DNA of 64,000 bases from a phage. The notes under the pieces are model-generated. The model searched no databases and was not told the DNA's origin. It saw nothing but the letters and a program-made list of their open reading frames with translations. The stretch lies in assembly GCA_022520065.1 (NCBI GenBank), contig GCA_022520065.1_3942.1, one strand, 5' to 3'. The translations under genes and the position numbers were made by a program. Shown here one piece after another: positions 43,329-52,055 of this stretch. The number at the start of each line of letters is the position of its first letter. Position 1 is the first letter of the stretch.

Positions 43329-44186
43329 ATGTCTAAAGTTGTTAAAATGAAAGCTCCGGTAGAGAAGTACAATGGTACTGAACGTCAAACTCTGCGTTAC
43401 CTTCTGAAAGATGTTTGGTTTTATTACCTGAACACTTCACCACGTCCGGGAAAAGGTAAATCTATTGATAAGAAATTCCCAGGCAAAGATTGTAACTACA
43501 GTGTTTCAATTCTGGCAGAAGATGGTAACAAGCTGTTTAAAGAGTTTACTAAGTCTAAGAAAAACCCAGAAGGTTGGGATAAAGTTACTACTGAAGCAGT
43601 TGATGCAGATGACTTCGAAGAGAAGTTTGGTTGCAAACCACCATTTGAAGCAGACACTTACTACATCTTGAAAGTAAGTCGTGCAGCAGCTTATAAAGAT
43701 GGTGCTGTGTGGACAGCTAAACAGTCATTCCCTGTAATGCTGATTGAAGAAGTAAATGGTAAGCGTGTAGCTGTTAAACAGCCGATGAAGAAAATCAAAG
43801 CTCAAGCATCCGATAAACATGAAGATGACAAGAACTATGATGTAATTCATCCAGATATTGCAGTTGGTAACGGTTCTTTTGGTAGTGTGATTCTTTCTAC
43901 TCACTTCTACACTTTTGAGAACAATGTTCTGACAAAACCTATTCAGGAACAGTTTATCATTGACACCCTTGTACCTTACACTGGTGGTAACGGTGCTAAC
44001 GGTGAACCTGAACTGGATGAAGACGAACTGGCTATGCTTGGTCTTGACGGTGTTGAAGATAACGGTGAAATCACTGAAGAAGACGCAAAAGACCACAAAC
44101 CTTCGAACAATTCTGATGATGGTGACGATGAAGACTTGCCAGACCCAGATGACGAAGAAGATGAAGACTTCGATACAGAAGACTAA
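43329..44186 (+). CDS. single-stranded DNA-binding protein (T7 gp2.5-like, probable)
   Basis: Extremely acidic C-terminal tail ending DEEDEDFDTED; between primase-helicase and exonuclease; strong promoter upstream. Confidence 0.55.
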   Translation: MSKVVKMKAPVEKYNGTERQTLRYLLKDVWFYYLNTSPRPGKGKSIDKKFPGKDCNYSVSILAEDGNKLFKEFTKSKKNPEGWDKVTTEAVDADDFEEKFGCKPPFEADTYYILKVSRAAAYKDGAVWTAKQSFPVMLIEEVNGKRVAVKQPMKKIKAQASDKHEDDKNYDVIHPDIAVGNGSFGSVILSTHFYTFENNVLTKPIQEQFIIDTLVPYTGGNGANGEPELDEDELAMLGLDGVEDNGEITEEDAKDHKPSNNSDDGDDEDLPDPDDEEDEDFDTED

Positions 44187-44205
44187 TCTCTAAAAGTTAC
44201 TTTAA

Positions 44206-44232
44206 AGCCCTGTACTTAGTATGGGGCTTTTT
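44206..44232 (+). terminator. Rho-independent terminator after SSB-like gene
   Basis: Short stem gccc/gggc with 13-nt loop followed by ttttt; weaker than the others. Confidence 0.4.
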
Positions 44233-44248
44233 CATATGGAGAGTCACA

Positions 44249-45295
44249 ATGGAGAAGTACACATTAAAAAAACTTCCCGATTCAGTTACACATGTCTTTA
44301 TTGACTCTGACAGTATTGCCTATAAAGGTGCTTGTGTAGTTGAGAAAGCAAAATATAAATATGTCAATAAACTCACAGCAGAAGAATCTGAATCATTTGA
44401 TAATGCAAAAGATGCTGCAAGATGGTTAGCAGACCAGAGAATCCTTGTAGAAGAGCTTGGCCTAGCATTTGATGAAGATGAATGGGAAAGACAGACTTGG
44501 AAAGAAGCTAAGAGTGAAAAAGAAGCTATCATGGCTACTCAGCAGGTTCTTCAGGAATGGCTTAAGGTTGTTGGTAAAGAAAGAACTTGGGTAGGTTATT
44601 TAACAGAGAAGGGTGTACATAAACATAAAGACATTAAAGGTCTTGAGCACCAATATCAAGGTAACCGTAAAGAGGCTGTCACACCAACACACTTAGTTGC
44701 TTGTCGTGAATATCTTTTATCCAGACCAGAGTTCAAGCTTTTAAAGGGTGGCTTCGAAGCTGATTCAATTGTAATTGCTAAAGCTGAAAAGATGGGTAAG
44801 AAAGCTGCTCTTATGAGTATTGACAAAGACCTTCGACAAGCTGAAGGAACTTATTGTATTGATATGACTTATGAAAAATCACCACTAATTTTTATTGCTG
44901 ATAATAATGTTGGTGATATCTGGGATTGTCCTATCAAATCAAAACCAAAAGCTGCAAAAACAGTTGGTGTAGGTTTTAAATTCTTGTGTTATCAGGCTGT
45001 TGCTGGAGATAATGCAGACAACTACTTCGGCCTAAAAGGTGCTGGTAAAGTAGCTGTGATGAATGCTTTAGAGGGTAAAGAGACCTATAAAGAGTGTCTT
45101 GATGCTATCTATGAACTCTATGCTAAAAAAGAGTCTTACACCTATGTGTCATGGGATGGACAGACTGTTACAAAGACACCGTTAGAGTTAATGGAACAGC
45201 ATTTCTTCCTAGCTTATCAAGAGCGAAATAAATCAGATATTTTTTCATTTGAAAAGTATGGTTGGACTCCAAATGTTGACTCAGCAGATACTTAA
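44249..45295 (+). CDS. 5'-3' exonuclease (T7 gp6-like, probable)
   Basis: Resemblance to T7 gene 6 exonuclease regions (SIDKD, AVAGDNADNYFGLKGAG). Confidence 0.55.
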   Translation: MEKYTLKKLPDSVTHVFIDSDSIAYKGACVVEKAKYKYVNKLTAEESESFDNAKDAARWLADQRILVEELGLAFDEDEWERQTWKEAKSEKEAIMATQQVLQEWLKVVGKERTWVGYLTEKGVHKHKDIKGLEHQYQGNRKEAVTPTHLVACREYLLSRPEFKLLKGGFEADSIVIAKAEKMGKKAALMSIDKDLRQAEGTYCIDMTYEKSPLIFIADNNVGDIWDCPIKSKPKAAKTVGVGFKFLCYQAVAGDNADNYFGLKGAGKVAVMNALEGKETYKECLDAIYELYAKKESYTYVSWDGQTVTKTPLELMEQHFFLAYQERNKSDIFSFEKYGWTPNVDSADT

Positions 45296-45773
45296 AGAAT
45301 ATCTACACTATGACCCCGAAACAGGGGTCTTTACGTGGATAAAGAAATCAGCTAACAGAACAGTTATAGGTTCCATTGCAGGTACACCACATAAGCGAGG
45401 TTATATTAGGATAAAAATTAAAAGAAAACCCTATATGGCTCATGATTTAGCAATCCTGTACACAGATGGTTTCCTACCTAACAGAGTAGACCATCGCAAC
45501 GGCATTACTAATGATAATCGGAGATTAAATCTAAGGGTTTGCACACAAGCTGAAAACTCTTGGAATAGAAGAACACACTCCAACAACACATCTGGAGTTA
45601 AGGGTGTATCTTTCTATAAGGCTAACCAAAAATGGAAGGCCAGAGTTATGACACACGGAGTATCTCACTTTCTGGGGTATTTTGACAGTATTGAAGATGC
45701 CAAAGATGCAGTCACAAAGAAAAGAGAAGAACTACATAAAGAGTTTTCAAATCACGGAGAAGCTTATGAATGA
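45273..45773 (+). CDS. HNH homing endonuclease with AP2-like DNA-binding domain
   Basis: HNH core VDHRNGITNDNRRLNLRVCTQAENSWN and YKANQKWKAR AP2-like segment; start uncertain (45258 or 45273). Confidence 0.65.
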   Translation: MLTQQILKEYLHYDPETGVFTWIKKSANRTVIGSIAGTPHKRGYIRIKIKRKPYMAHDLAILYTDGFLPNRVDHRNGITNDNRRLNLRVCTQAENSWNRRTHSNNTSGVKGVSFYKANQKWKARVMTHGVSHFLGYFDSIEDAKDAVTKKREELHKEFSNHGEAYE

Positions 45774-46267
45774 AGATTAAAGGATTTGGCAATTGCCCCA
45801 CCTATGGTCATTGGGTATCTTTATGTGGGGAAGTTGACCCCACTAAACATTTTGGCTTTGTCTATTTAGTACACTGTAAGAAGACTGGACAATATTATAT
45901 AGGAAAGAAACAGCTTAACAGTGTGACCAAAAGAAAAGTTGCTGGGAAGACTCGGAAGAAGGTAGTCACTAAGGAAAGTGATTGGATGACTTACGAAACC
46001 TCTTCTGAGTATATTAAAAAAGATATTGAGAGCTTTGGAAAAGAATTTTTTGACTTTTACATTATCCAAACCTACTACACAAAAGGTGGCCTAGTCTATG
46101 GTGAAGCAAACCTTCAACATAAATTCGATGTAATGACAAAAAGGATTGACTCGAAGCTCAGACTCTTCTACAATGCCAATATTGCAGCAATTAAGTTTAT
46201 TACTAAAGAAACTTATGAAGATGCTGAAAAAAGAATCCATAAGGTAATGAAAGCAAATTGTGCTTGA
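45770..46267 (+). CDS. GIY-YIG-like endonuclease (putative)
   Basis: GFVYLV ... GQYYIGKK resembles GIY-YIG motifs. Confidence 0.45.
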   Translation: MKIKGFGNCPTYGHWVSLCGEVDPTKHFGFVYLVHCKKTGQYYIGKKQLNSVTKRKVAGKTRKKVVTKESDWMTYETSSEYIKKDIESFGKEFFDFYIIQTYYTKGGLVYGEANLQHKFDVMTKRIDSKLRLFYNANIAAIKFITKETYEDAEKRIHKVMKANCA

Positions 46268-46288
46268 TAACTATTGAGAGAGAATAAA

Positions 46289-46519
46289 ATGTTTAACAAA
46301 AGCAAAGCTGTGAGTCATGTAGCAAAAGTTGACAGTAAGATTGAAGAACTTGAGCGCATTCTTGCAAATGCTAGAGAGTCAATAATTAAAGAAGTTGAAG
46401 CTGTTGAATCACAAATGCAGCATCTAATACTTAAACGCCAAGAGCTACGTGAGCATCTGGAATATATTGAAACACGAGAGCTAAAGGTTAACAGATTTTT
46501 AAGGAGTCCAAATGTTTAA
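46289..46519 (+). CDS. hypothetical coiled-coil protein
   Basis: Start set to ATG 46289 (track TTG 46274). Confidence 0.4.
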   Translation: MFNKSKAVSHVAKVDSKIEELERILANARESIIKEVEAVESQMQHLILKRQELREHLEYIETRELKVNRFLRSPNV

Positions 46520-47267
46520 CTCAAGAGAAGCAGTAAAAAACTGGAATCTTCGTTGTGGAAACACTCAAAAGCAACCTTACAGTGATGAGTATTGGGAATC
46601 TTTAAAATCCCAGTCTCTGTGTATGCTGGAAGAAGCAAAAGAGCTTGTAAAAGCAATTGAAGAGAAAGACCCCATTGAGACACTGGATGCTCAGGCAGAT
46701 TTGCAATATGTTCTTGACGGTTTGATTTACCTGTCACAACATGACCATAACGGTGCTATGAAAGCTGTTTGCCGTAATAATGACCTGAAGTACACAGATG
46801 ACTATGAAGAAGCTTTAAAACGTCTTGCAGATATTGAGAAGCGTACTGGTCAAGAGTGTATTATCAGAATGTCAGTAGTTGATGGTAAAGAGTGGTATGC
46901 CATTGTTCGTGCAGCAGATGGGAAGATTATGAAGCAATCGAATCTCCCTAAAGTACAGCTTGGTGAATACATTGTAGAACTTGAAAGCCAAGAACTTTTT
47001 GTGGTAGTATCTGAGACATGCGTTATCTGCAAAGGTATTGTAGATAGTTTAAAGGATTTGGGTGTAGATGGTTTTGTAGAAGTTAATCCAATTACCTCTA
47101 AAGCAGATAAAGACTTCTGTAAAGAGAATGGACTATGGATTGCAGACATTATCTACTATGATGGTGAGCAGTTCCATGTAACCTCATACCCGAAACTGAA
47201 TTATGATGCTAATAACCTGAAGTGCTGGTTAAAAGGGGTTGGTTATAATGGATTCACAGAACATTAA
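46512..47267 (+). CDS. hypothetical protein (possibly MazG-like nucleotide pyrophosphohydrolase)
   Basis: Strong AAGGAG RBS; EEAKELVKAIEE ... DAQADLQYVLDGL loosely resembles MazG EExxE/DxxD motifs. Confidence 0.35.
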   Translation: MFNSREAVKNWNLRCGNTQKQPYSDEYWESLKSQSLCMLEEAKELVKAIEEKDPIETLDAQADLQYVLDGLIYLSQHDHNGAMKAVCRNNDLKYTDDYEEALKRLADIEKRTGQECIIRMSVVDGKEWYAIVRAADGKIMKQSNLPKVQLGEYIVELESQELFVVVSETCVICKGIVDSLKDLGVDGFVEVNPITSKADKDFCKENGLWIADIIYYDGEQFHVTSYPKLNYDANNLKCWLKGVGYNGFTEH

Positions 47268-47571
47268 TAAAGAGGGTGTGGCTCAGAAGAGCCACTTCTC
47301 AAACTACAATATTTCTATGACGGTGTTTATGAATGACCCGTTACTAGAAAAATATGGTGAGACTCCAGATACACTTCTGGACAATGAACAAGTTTTAAAA
47401 GCAGTCCTGTACAAATACGGGATTGATATTGAGAAAGAATATTCCTTTGAAATCTGCCAACACAGGAATACTTTCGGTAAAGTTGTGATGGCTCCACTCT
47501 TTATGGGTGTAGAAAGGACTGACTATGGTTGGTTGTATCTAAAAAGAAACTTGGAGAAATACCGTGTCTAA
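47247..47571 (+). CDS. hypothetical protein
   Basis: ORF, start set to ATG 47247. Confidence 0.4.
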
Positions 47572-47902
47572 AGCAAAAAAGCTATCTTATGATGATATTG
47601 TCTCAGGTGCTAAGTTAGGCGTTGACAGCCTCGGACAAGATGTTAAGCACGGGGACACAGTTATGTACTGTGATGACCGAAGAGGTAGAAGTGCAATCTT
47701 GTTTGGAAGAATTGTTTGCAAGATGCGAGGCAATTACGTTGTTGCAGACATGGATGTGAACGTTACACAAAAACTTGAAACACTTATGGATGATAATACA
47801 TCATCATGGTTCTCCCTGAATTGTATGCACACTTCTTCAGTCACAAAAGTAAGTGATAAGTTTTACGATATGTGGCAGAATGAGCAAATTTTCAAGATTT
47901 AA
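47564..47902 (+). CDS. hypothetical protein
   Basis: ORF with putative GTG start and GGAG RBS; followed by terminator. Confidence 0.4.
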   Translation: MSKAKKLSYDDIVSGAKLGVDSLGQDVKHGDTVMYCDDRRGRSAILFGRIVCKMRGNYVVADMDVNVTQKLETLMDDNTSSWFSLNCMHTSSVTKVSDKFYDMWQNEQIFKI

Positions 47903-47908
47903 ACTAGG

Positions 47909-47930
47909 GAGCCTCTTCGGAGGCTCTTTT
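47909..47930 (+). terminator. Rho-independent terminator
   Basis: Hairpin gagcctc-ttcg-gaggctc followed by tttt. Confidence 0.65.
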
Positions 47931-47948
47931 CATCTGTAGGATTCAAAA

Positions 47949-50183
47949 ATGATTAAGACAATTAAAAAATCAAACGGTACAGTAGTAAGCTTTGACCCAG
48001 AAAGACTGAATAAGTGGGCATCATGGGCAGATAAACGTGGAATTATCTGGTCAGAAGTCACTATGGAAGCTATGAAACGTGTCTATGAGGGTTGCACTAC
48101 AAAAGAGATGCACCAAGCCATGATTGATGTTTGTGTTGATAAACAAACTCAAGAGTACTCAGATATGGCTGGACGACTGCTTTTGGGTATTATCTACAAA
48201 GAAGCCTTTGGAGGCTTTACTAAGGTTCCTACGCTGGTTACCTTCGTTAAAAATATGGAGAGAGCAGGACTTTGGGAGAAGATGGACTACTCACAGGAAG
48301 AGCTTGAATACCTGCAAGGTTACATTGTGCACTCAAAAGATATCTCTTACGGTTATGCAGTCTTGAAACAGTTCAGAGACAAGTATGGTATCCGTGATAT
48401 TAAAACGGGAAGACTTTTTGAGTCACCACAATTTATGTTTATGGGTATGGCTATGAAAGCCTTTGAGAAGCAACCAAAGCACCGTAGATTACAAGATGTT
48501 ATCAAGCTGTACACTTACCTATCTGACCTGAAGATTAACGCTCCTACACCTTATTTAAACGGTTTAAGAGCCACCAAGTCAGGTTATGCGTCATGTTGTT
48601 TGATTAAGGCGAACGATACTGCTGAGTCTCTAGGTATTGCTGCAAAGGTTGCTTATGACATGACTACAAAGCAAGCTGGCATTGGTATGCTGATGGAGAC
48701 TCGCACTATTGGTGATGGTATCCGTCAAAACACGATTGAGCACATGGGTAAGCTGCCTTATTATAAGCTTGTACGTTCATCTGTAGAGGCAAACAAACAG
48801 AAGAGTCGTGGTGGTTCAGCTAATAACTTCTACACTGCTCTAGACCCGCAGATTGAAGATTTACTGCGTTTGAAGCACCCTACAACGGTTCCTTCTAAAC
48901 GTATTAACGAGATGGACTACTCATTCGGTACAAATGATTATTTCTGGCAGTGTGTTCAGTATGATACAGATTGGTTGCTATTCTCTTACAAAGATGCACC
49001 AAAACTCTATGACATGTTCTACACAGCATCTGCTGACGAGTTTGCTATGGCAGTTGGCCATGCAGTACATTCAGGTGTTAAGCACAGACGGGTAAAGGCT
49101 CGTGAAATTGCTAAGCTGTTTATTCAACAGCGTTATGCTACAGGTCGTGTGTATCCATTCTTCACTAACAATGCAAACACACATACACCATTTAAAGAAC
49201 CATTGAAGATGTCAAATCTTTGTATGGAAATTGTATTGCCAGTGTATGGTTTTGAGAAAGAGACAGACCTTTACAGAGACGATGCTGTGAAAGAGGATGG
49301 TGAGGTGGCTCTTTGCTTCCTAGCTAGTTTGGTTGCAGGGAGAATTTCAGAAGATGAATACGCTGACGTTGCTTATTATGCTCTTGCAATGGTTGACTCC
49401 GTTATTGACCTTATGGATTATCCGTATCCGTCGATGCGTAACCATGTTCAGAAGCGTCGTTCTGTTGGGATTGGCCTTACAAATGTGGCTCATTACCTTG
49501 CGAAGAACTACGTGAACTACTCTTCACGAGCAGGTAAAACGAAGCTTCATGAGCTTGCTGAAATGCACTCTTACTATCTGCATGAAGCCTCTCTGAGACT
49601 TGCTAAAGAGCGTGGTGTTCCAGAATACATGAAGTTCACTAAGTATCCTGAAGGCTGGGTTCCTCCAAAGACAGCTAACAAGAAGATTGATGAAAAGCAT
49701 GATGCAAAACTACGATATGATTGGGATGACTTAGCACAACGTATCAAAGAAAATGGTGGAATCCGAAACTCTGTATTAGAAGCTTACATGCCTAATGAGA
49801 GTTCTTCACTAGCAACTAATACGACAAATGGCTTGTACCCAATTCGTGACTTTATTTTAACTAAAAAGTCTGCAACTGGTAACGTACTGTTTATTGTTCC
49901 AGATTATGAAGAGTTGAAGTATGTATATGAAATTGCTTGGGGTATTGACACCTTTGACCTGATTGATTGTTATGCAATTGTTCAAAAGTTCACTGGTCAG
50001 GCTATCTCTTCAGACTTCTATGTTGACTATGCAAAGTCTAAGAAGGTATCATTGGCTCAAGCTCTGAAGTACATGATTTATGCCAACTCGGTAGGTATGA
50101 AAACCATGTACTACCTTAACAGTCGCATTGGTGTAGGTAAATCTGCACTGCAAGATGCTTATTGCGAGGGTTGTGGTGTTTAG
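47949..50183 (+). CDS. nrdA: ribonucleotide reductase class I large subunit
   Basis: N-terminal ATP-cone-like region, catalytic NLCMEIVLP motif, C-terminal cysteine pair CEGCGV. Confidence 0.9.
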   Translation: MIKTIKKSNGTVVSFDPERLNKWASWADKRGIIWSEVTMEAMKRVYEGCTTKEMHQAMIDVCVDKQTQEYSDMAGRLLLGIIYKEAFGGFTKVPTLVTFVKNMERAGLWEKMDYSQEELEYLQGYIVHSKDISYGYAVLKQFRDKYGIRDIKTGRLFESPQFMFMGMAMKAFEKQPKHRRLQDVIKLYTYLSDLKINAPTPYLNGLRATKSGYASCCLIKANDTAESLGIAAKVAYDMTTKQAGIGMLMETRTIGDGIRQNTIEHMGKLPYYKLVRSSVEANKQKSRGGSANNFYTALDPQIEDLLRLKHPTTVPSKRINEMDYSFGTNDYFWQCVQYDTDWLLFSYKDAPKLYDMFYTASADEFAMAVGHAVHSGVKHRRVKAREIAKLFIQQRYATGRVYPFFTNNANTHTPFKEPLKMSNLCMEIVLPVYGFEKETDLYRDDAVKEDGEVALCFLASLVAGRISEDEYADVAYYALAMVDSVIDLMDYPYPSMRNHVQKRRSVGIGLTNVAHYLAKNYVNYSSRAGKTKLHELAEMHSYYLHEASLRLAKERGVPEYMKFTKYPEGWVPPKTANKKIDEKHDAKLRYDWDDLAQRIKENGGIRNSVLEAYMPNESSSLATNTTNGLYPIRDFILTKKSATGNVLFIVPDYEELKYVYEIAWGIDTFDLIDCYAIVQKFTGQAISSDFYVDYAKSKKVSLAQALKYMIYANSVGMKTMYYLNSRIGVGKSALQDAYCEGCGV

Positions 50184-50238
50184 TTTTAACAACTATGAGG
50201 GTCGTAAAAGACCCTCTAAAATTAACTTTGGAGAGACT

Positions 50239-50496
50239 ATGAAAGACTTAATAGCAAATCACGAGTGGCCTATATACTTGCTCCACAAACCTCGAAAAAC
50301 GCTGTACTATGTGAGTAGCACAGATATGATGATAAAACAAAAGGATGACTCATGGGTTGCTGGTATCTCTTACATCTCTACAGCAGATGGTAAAATCTAC
50401 GCAAGACCTTATGAGATGTTCAACAAAGAAAATTGGGAAGTTTTAGACAGAAAACAAGCCTTAGAAATGATAAAGAAAGGAGAAATCACGCTATGA
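50239..50496 (+). CDS. hypothetical protein
   Basis: ORF between nrdA and nrdB; ATG 50239 with GGAGAG RBS (upstream ATG 50155 also possible). Confidence 0.4.
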   Translation: MKDLIANHEWPIYLLHKPRKTLYYVSSTDMMIKQKDDSWVAGISYISTADGKIYARPYEMFNKENWEVLDRKQALEMIKKGEITL

Positions 50497-51566
50497 TTAA
50501 CCAGCACCCAATCTTTTTAGGTGGTGAGAGAAAAACTTTTGACTCACTTAATAAACACTACCCAAAAATCTTTGAACTTTATAAACAACAAAAAGCACAA
50601 GACTGGTCAGAAGATGAGTTTCCTTTTGAACAATCACGTCTTGATTTTGAGAGTGTTCCAGCATCAATGTCAGGTGTAATGCTTGAGATTCTTAAGTGGC
50701 AATGGGAAGCAGACACTCAAGTTGCTAAGAGCTTGGCATTTGCCTTTGCACCTTTTATCTCTGATGACATTTATGCAACTGCAATTATGAAGCAGTCTGA
50801 GATTGAAAACCTACATGCCCTTACTTACTCAGAGATTGTAAGGCAATGTATTAAAAACCCTGAAACAATCTTAGATGAGATTAACCAGAATGTTGCTGTG
50901 CAAGACCGATTAAAAACTGTGAATCGTGTTCTTGAAGAATTACTGGATGAAGGTATAAACTATCGTCTGAGTTATGTGCGTGATTCACTTCTGGACAAAG
51001 ACCCTTTACACTTCCATAAAGTGATTCTGAAAGGGCTGTTTGCAGTGACTGCACTTGAAGGTATATCTTTTATGGCATCCTTTGCATGTACTTTTGCACT
51101 TGATGCTCAAGATAAATTTCAGGGTATTGCTCAAGCTGTGCAGAAGATTATGCTTGATGAAATCCTTCACACTAAAATTGATATTGAAGTTTTAAAAGAA
51201 ACTTTAAGAGATGATGAGTGGCAGAAAGCTTTTCAACAAATTCTTCCAGAGATTAAAGTAATCTTAGATGAAGTAGTTGAAAGTGAAGAGAAATGGTCGT
51301 ATTATATCTTCTCCGAAGGACGTGCTGTAGTTGGCCTAAATACAAAGCTTCTTCATGAGTGGGTTTACTATAATGCTGCCCCACTGTATGATATGTTTGG
51401 CATTCCCAGAGATTTTGTAGCTCCTAAAGAACCACCTTTGAAGTATATGATTAAGAAGATGGAAATTGATAAAGAGCAGAATGCTAATCAGGAGCAACAG
51501 AACGGTGCGTACTTATTGAATACTGTTGTAGATGATTTGAATAGTGGATTTTTAGAGGTTCCTTAA
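50493..51566 (+). CDS. nrdB: ribonucleotide reductase class I small subunit
   Basis: Di-iron/tyrosyl radical region LEGISFMASFACTFAL and EILHTKIDIE; start set to ATG 50493. Confidence 0.85.
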   Translation: MINQHPIFLGGERKTFDSLNKHYPKIFELYKQQKAQDWSEDEFPFEQSRLDFESVPASMSGVMLEILKWQWEADTQVAKSLAFAFAPFISDDIYATAIMKQSEIENLHALTYSEIVRQCIKNPETILDEINQNVAVQDRLKTVNRVLEELLDEGINYRLSYVRDSLLDKDPLHFHKVILKGLFAVTALEGISFMASFACTFALDAQDKFQGIAQAVQKIMLDEILHTKIDIEVLKETLRDDEWQKAFQQILPEIKVILDEVVESEEKWSYYIFSEGRAVVGLNTKLLHEWVYYNAAPLYDMFGIPRDFVAPKEPPLKYMIKKMEIDKEQNANQEQQNGAYLLNTVVDDLNSGFLEVP

Positions 51567-51808
51567 TGACTTATGTAATTTACTCCAAAACTGGATGCCC
51601 TCAGTGTGAGACTGCAAAGAATTTTGCAAAAGCTCGTGGTATTGACCATGTTGTGAGAATGTTAGGGCAGGATTATGAACTGTCAGACCTGATGGATATT
51701 GCACAGATGCCAGTTCGTCAGATGCCATTCATCATGAAGACTGATGGTCAAAATCTAAAACCTGTTGGGACGCTACAGAATTTTATGGCAGAGGTGAATA
51801 ATGCTTAA
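51566..51808 (+). CDS. glutaredoxin-like protein (NrdH-like)
   Basis: CPQC redox motif in SKTGCPQCETAK; ATGA-coupled to nrdB. Confidence 0.75.
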   Translation: MTYVIYSKTGCPQCETAKNFAKARGIDHVVRMLGQDYELSDLMDIAQMPVRQMPFIMKTDGQNLKPVGTLQNFMAEVNNA

Positions 51809-52007
51809 ACGCCTTTGGGAAGGTTTGGTTGTTGATGCACCAGCCATTGTGATTGGTATGCTTGTTGTTAACCTATTTACTGATTTTGAACAAGGTTCAT
51901 TGTTTGGAGCCATGCTATTATGGGTTATCTTTGAAATATTAGAGATACAGCTAGGCATCACTGAAAAACTAAGAAAACTCGTTTCAAAGTTTTCTAAAAA
52001 GATTTAA
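51801..52007 (+). CDS. hypothetical small membrane protein
   Basis: 68 aa with two hydrophobic segments. Confidence 0.4.
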   Translation: MLKRLWEGLVVDAPAIVIGMLVVNLFTDFEQGSLFGAMLLWVIFEILEIQLGITEKLRKLVSKFSKKI

Positions 52008-52013
52008 AATGAA

Positions 52014-52036
52014 AGGGTCTCTTCGGAGACCTTTTT
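52014..52036 (+). terminator. Rho-independent terminator before nrdD
   Basis: Hairpin gggtctc-ttcg-gagacct followed by ttttt. Confidence 0.6.
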
Positions 52037-52055
52037 AGCATGTAAAGGGGCAATA

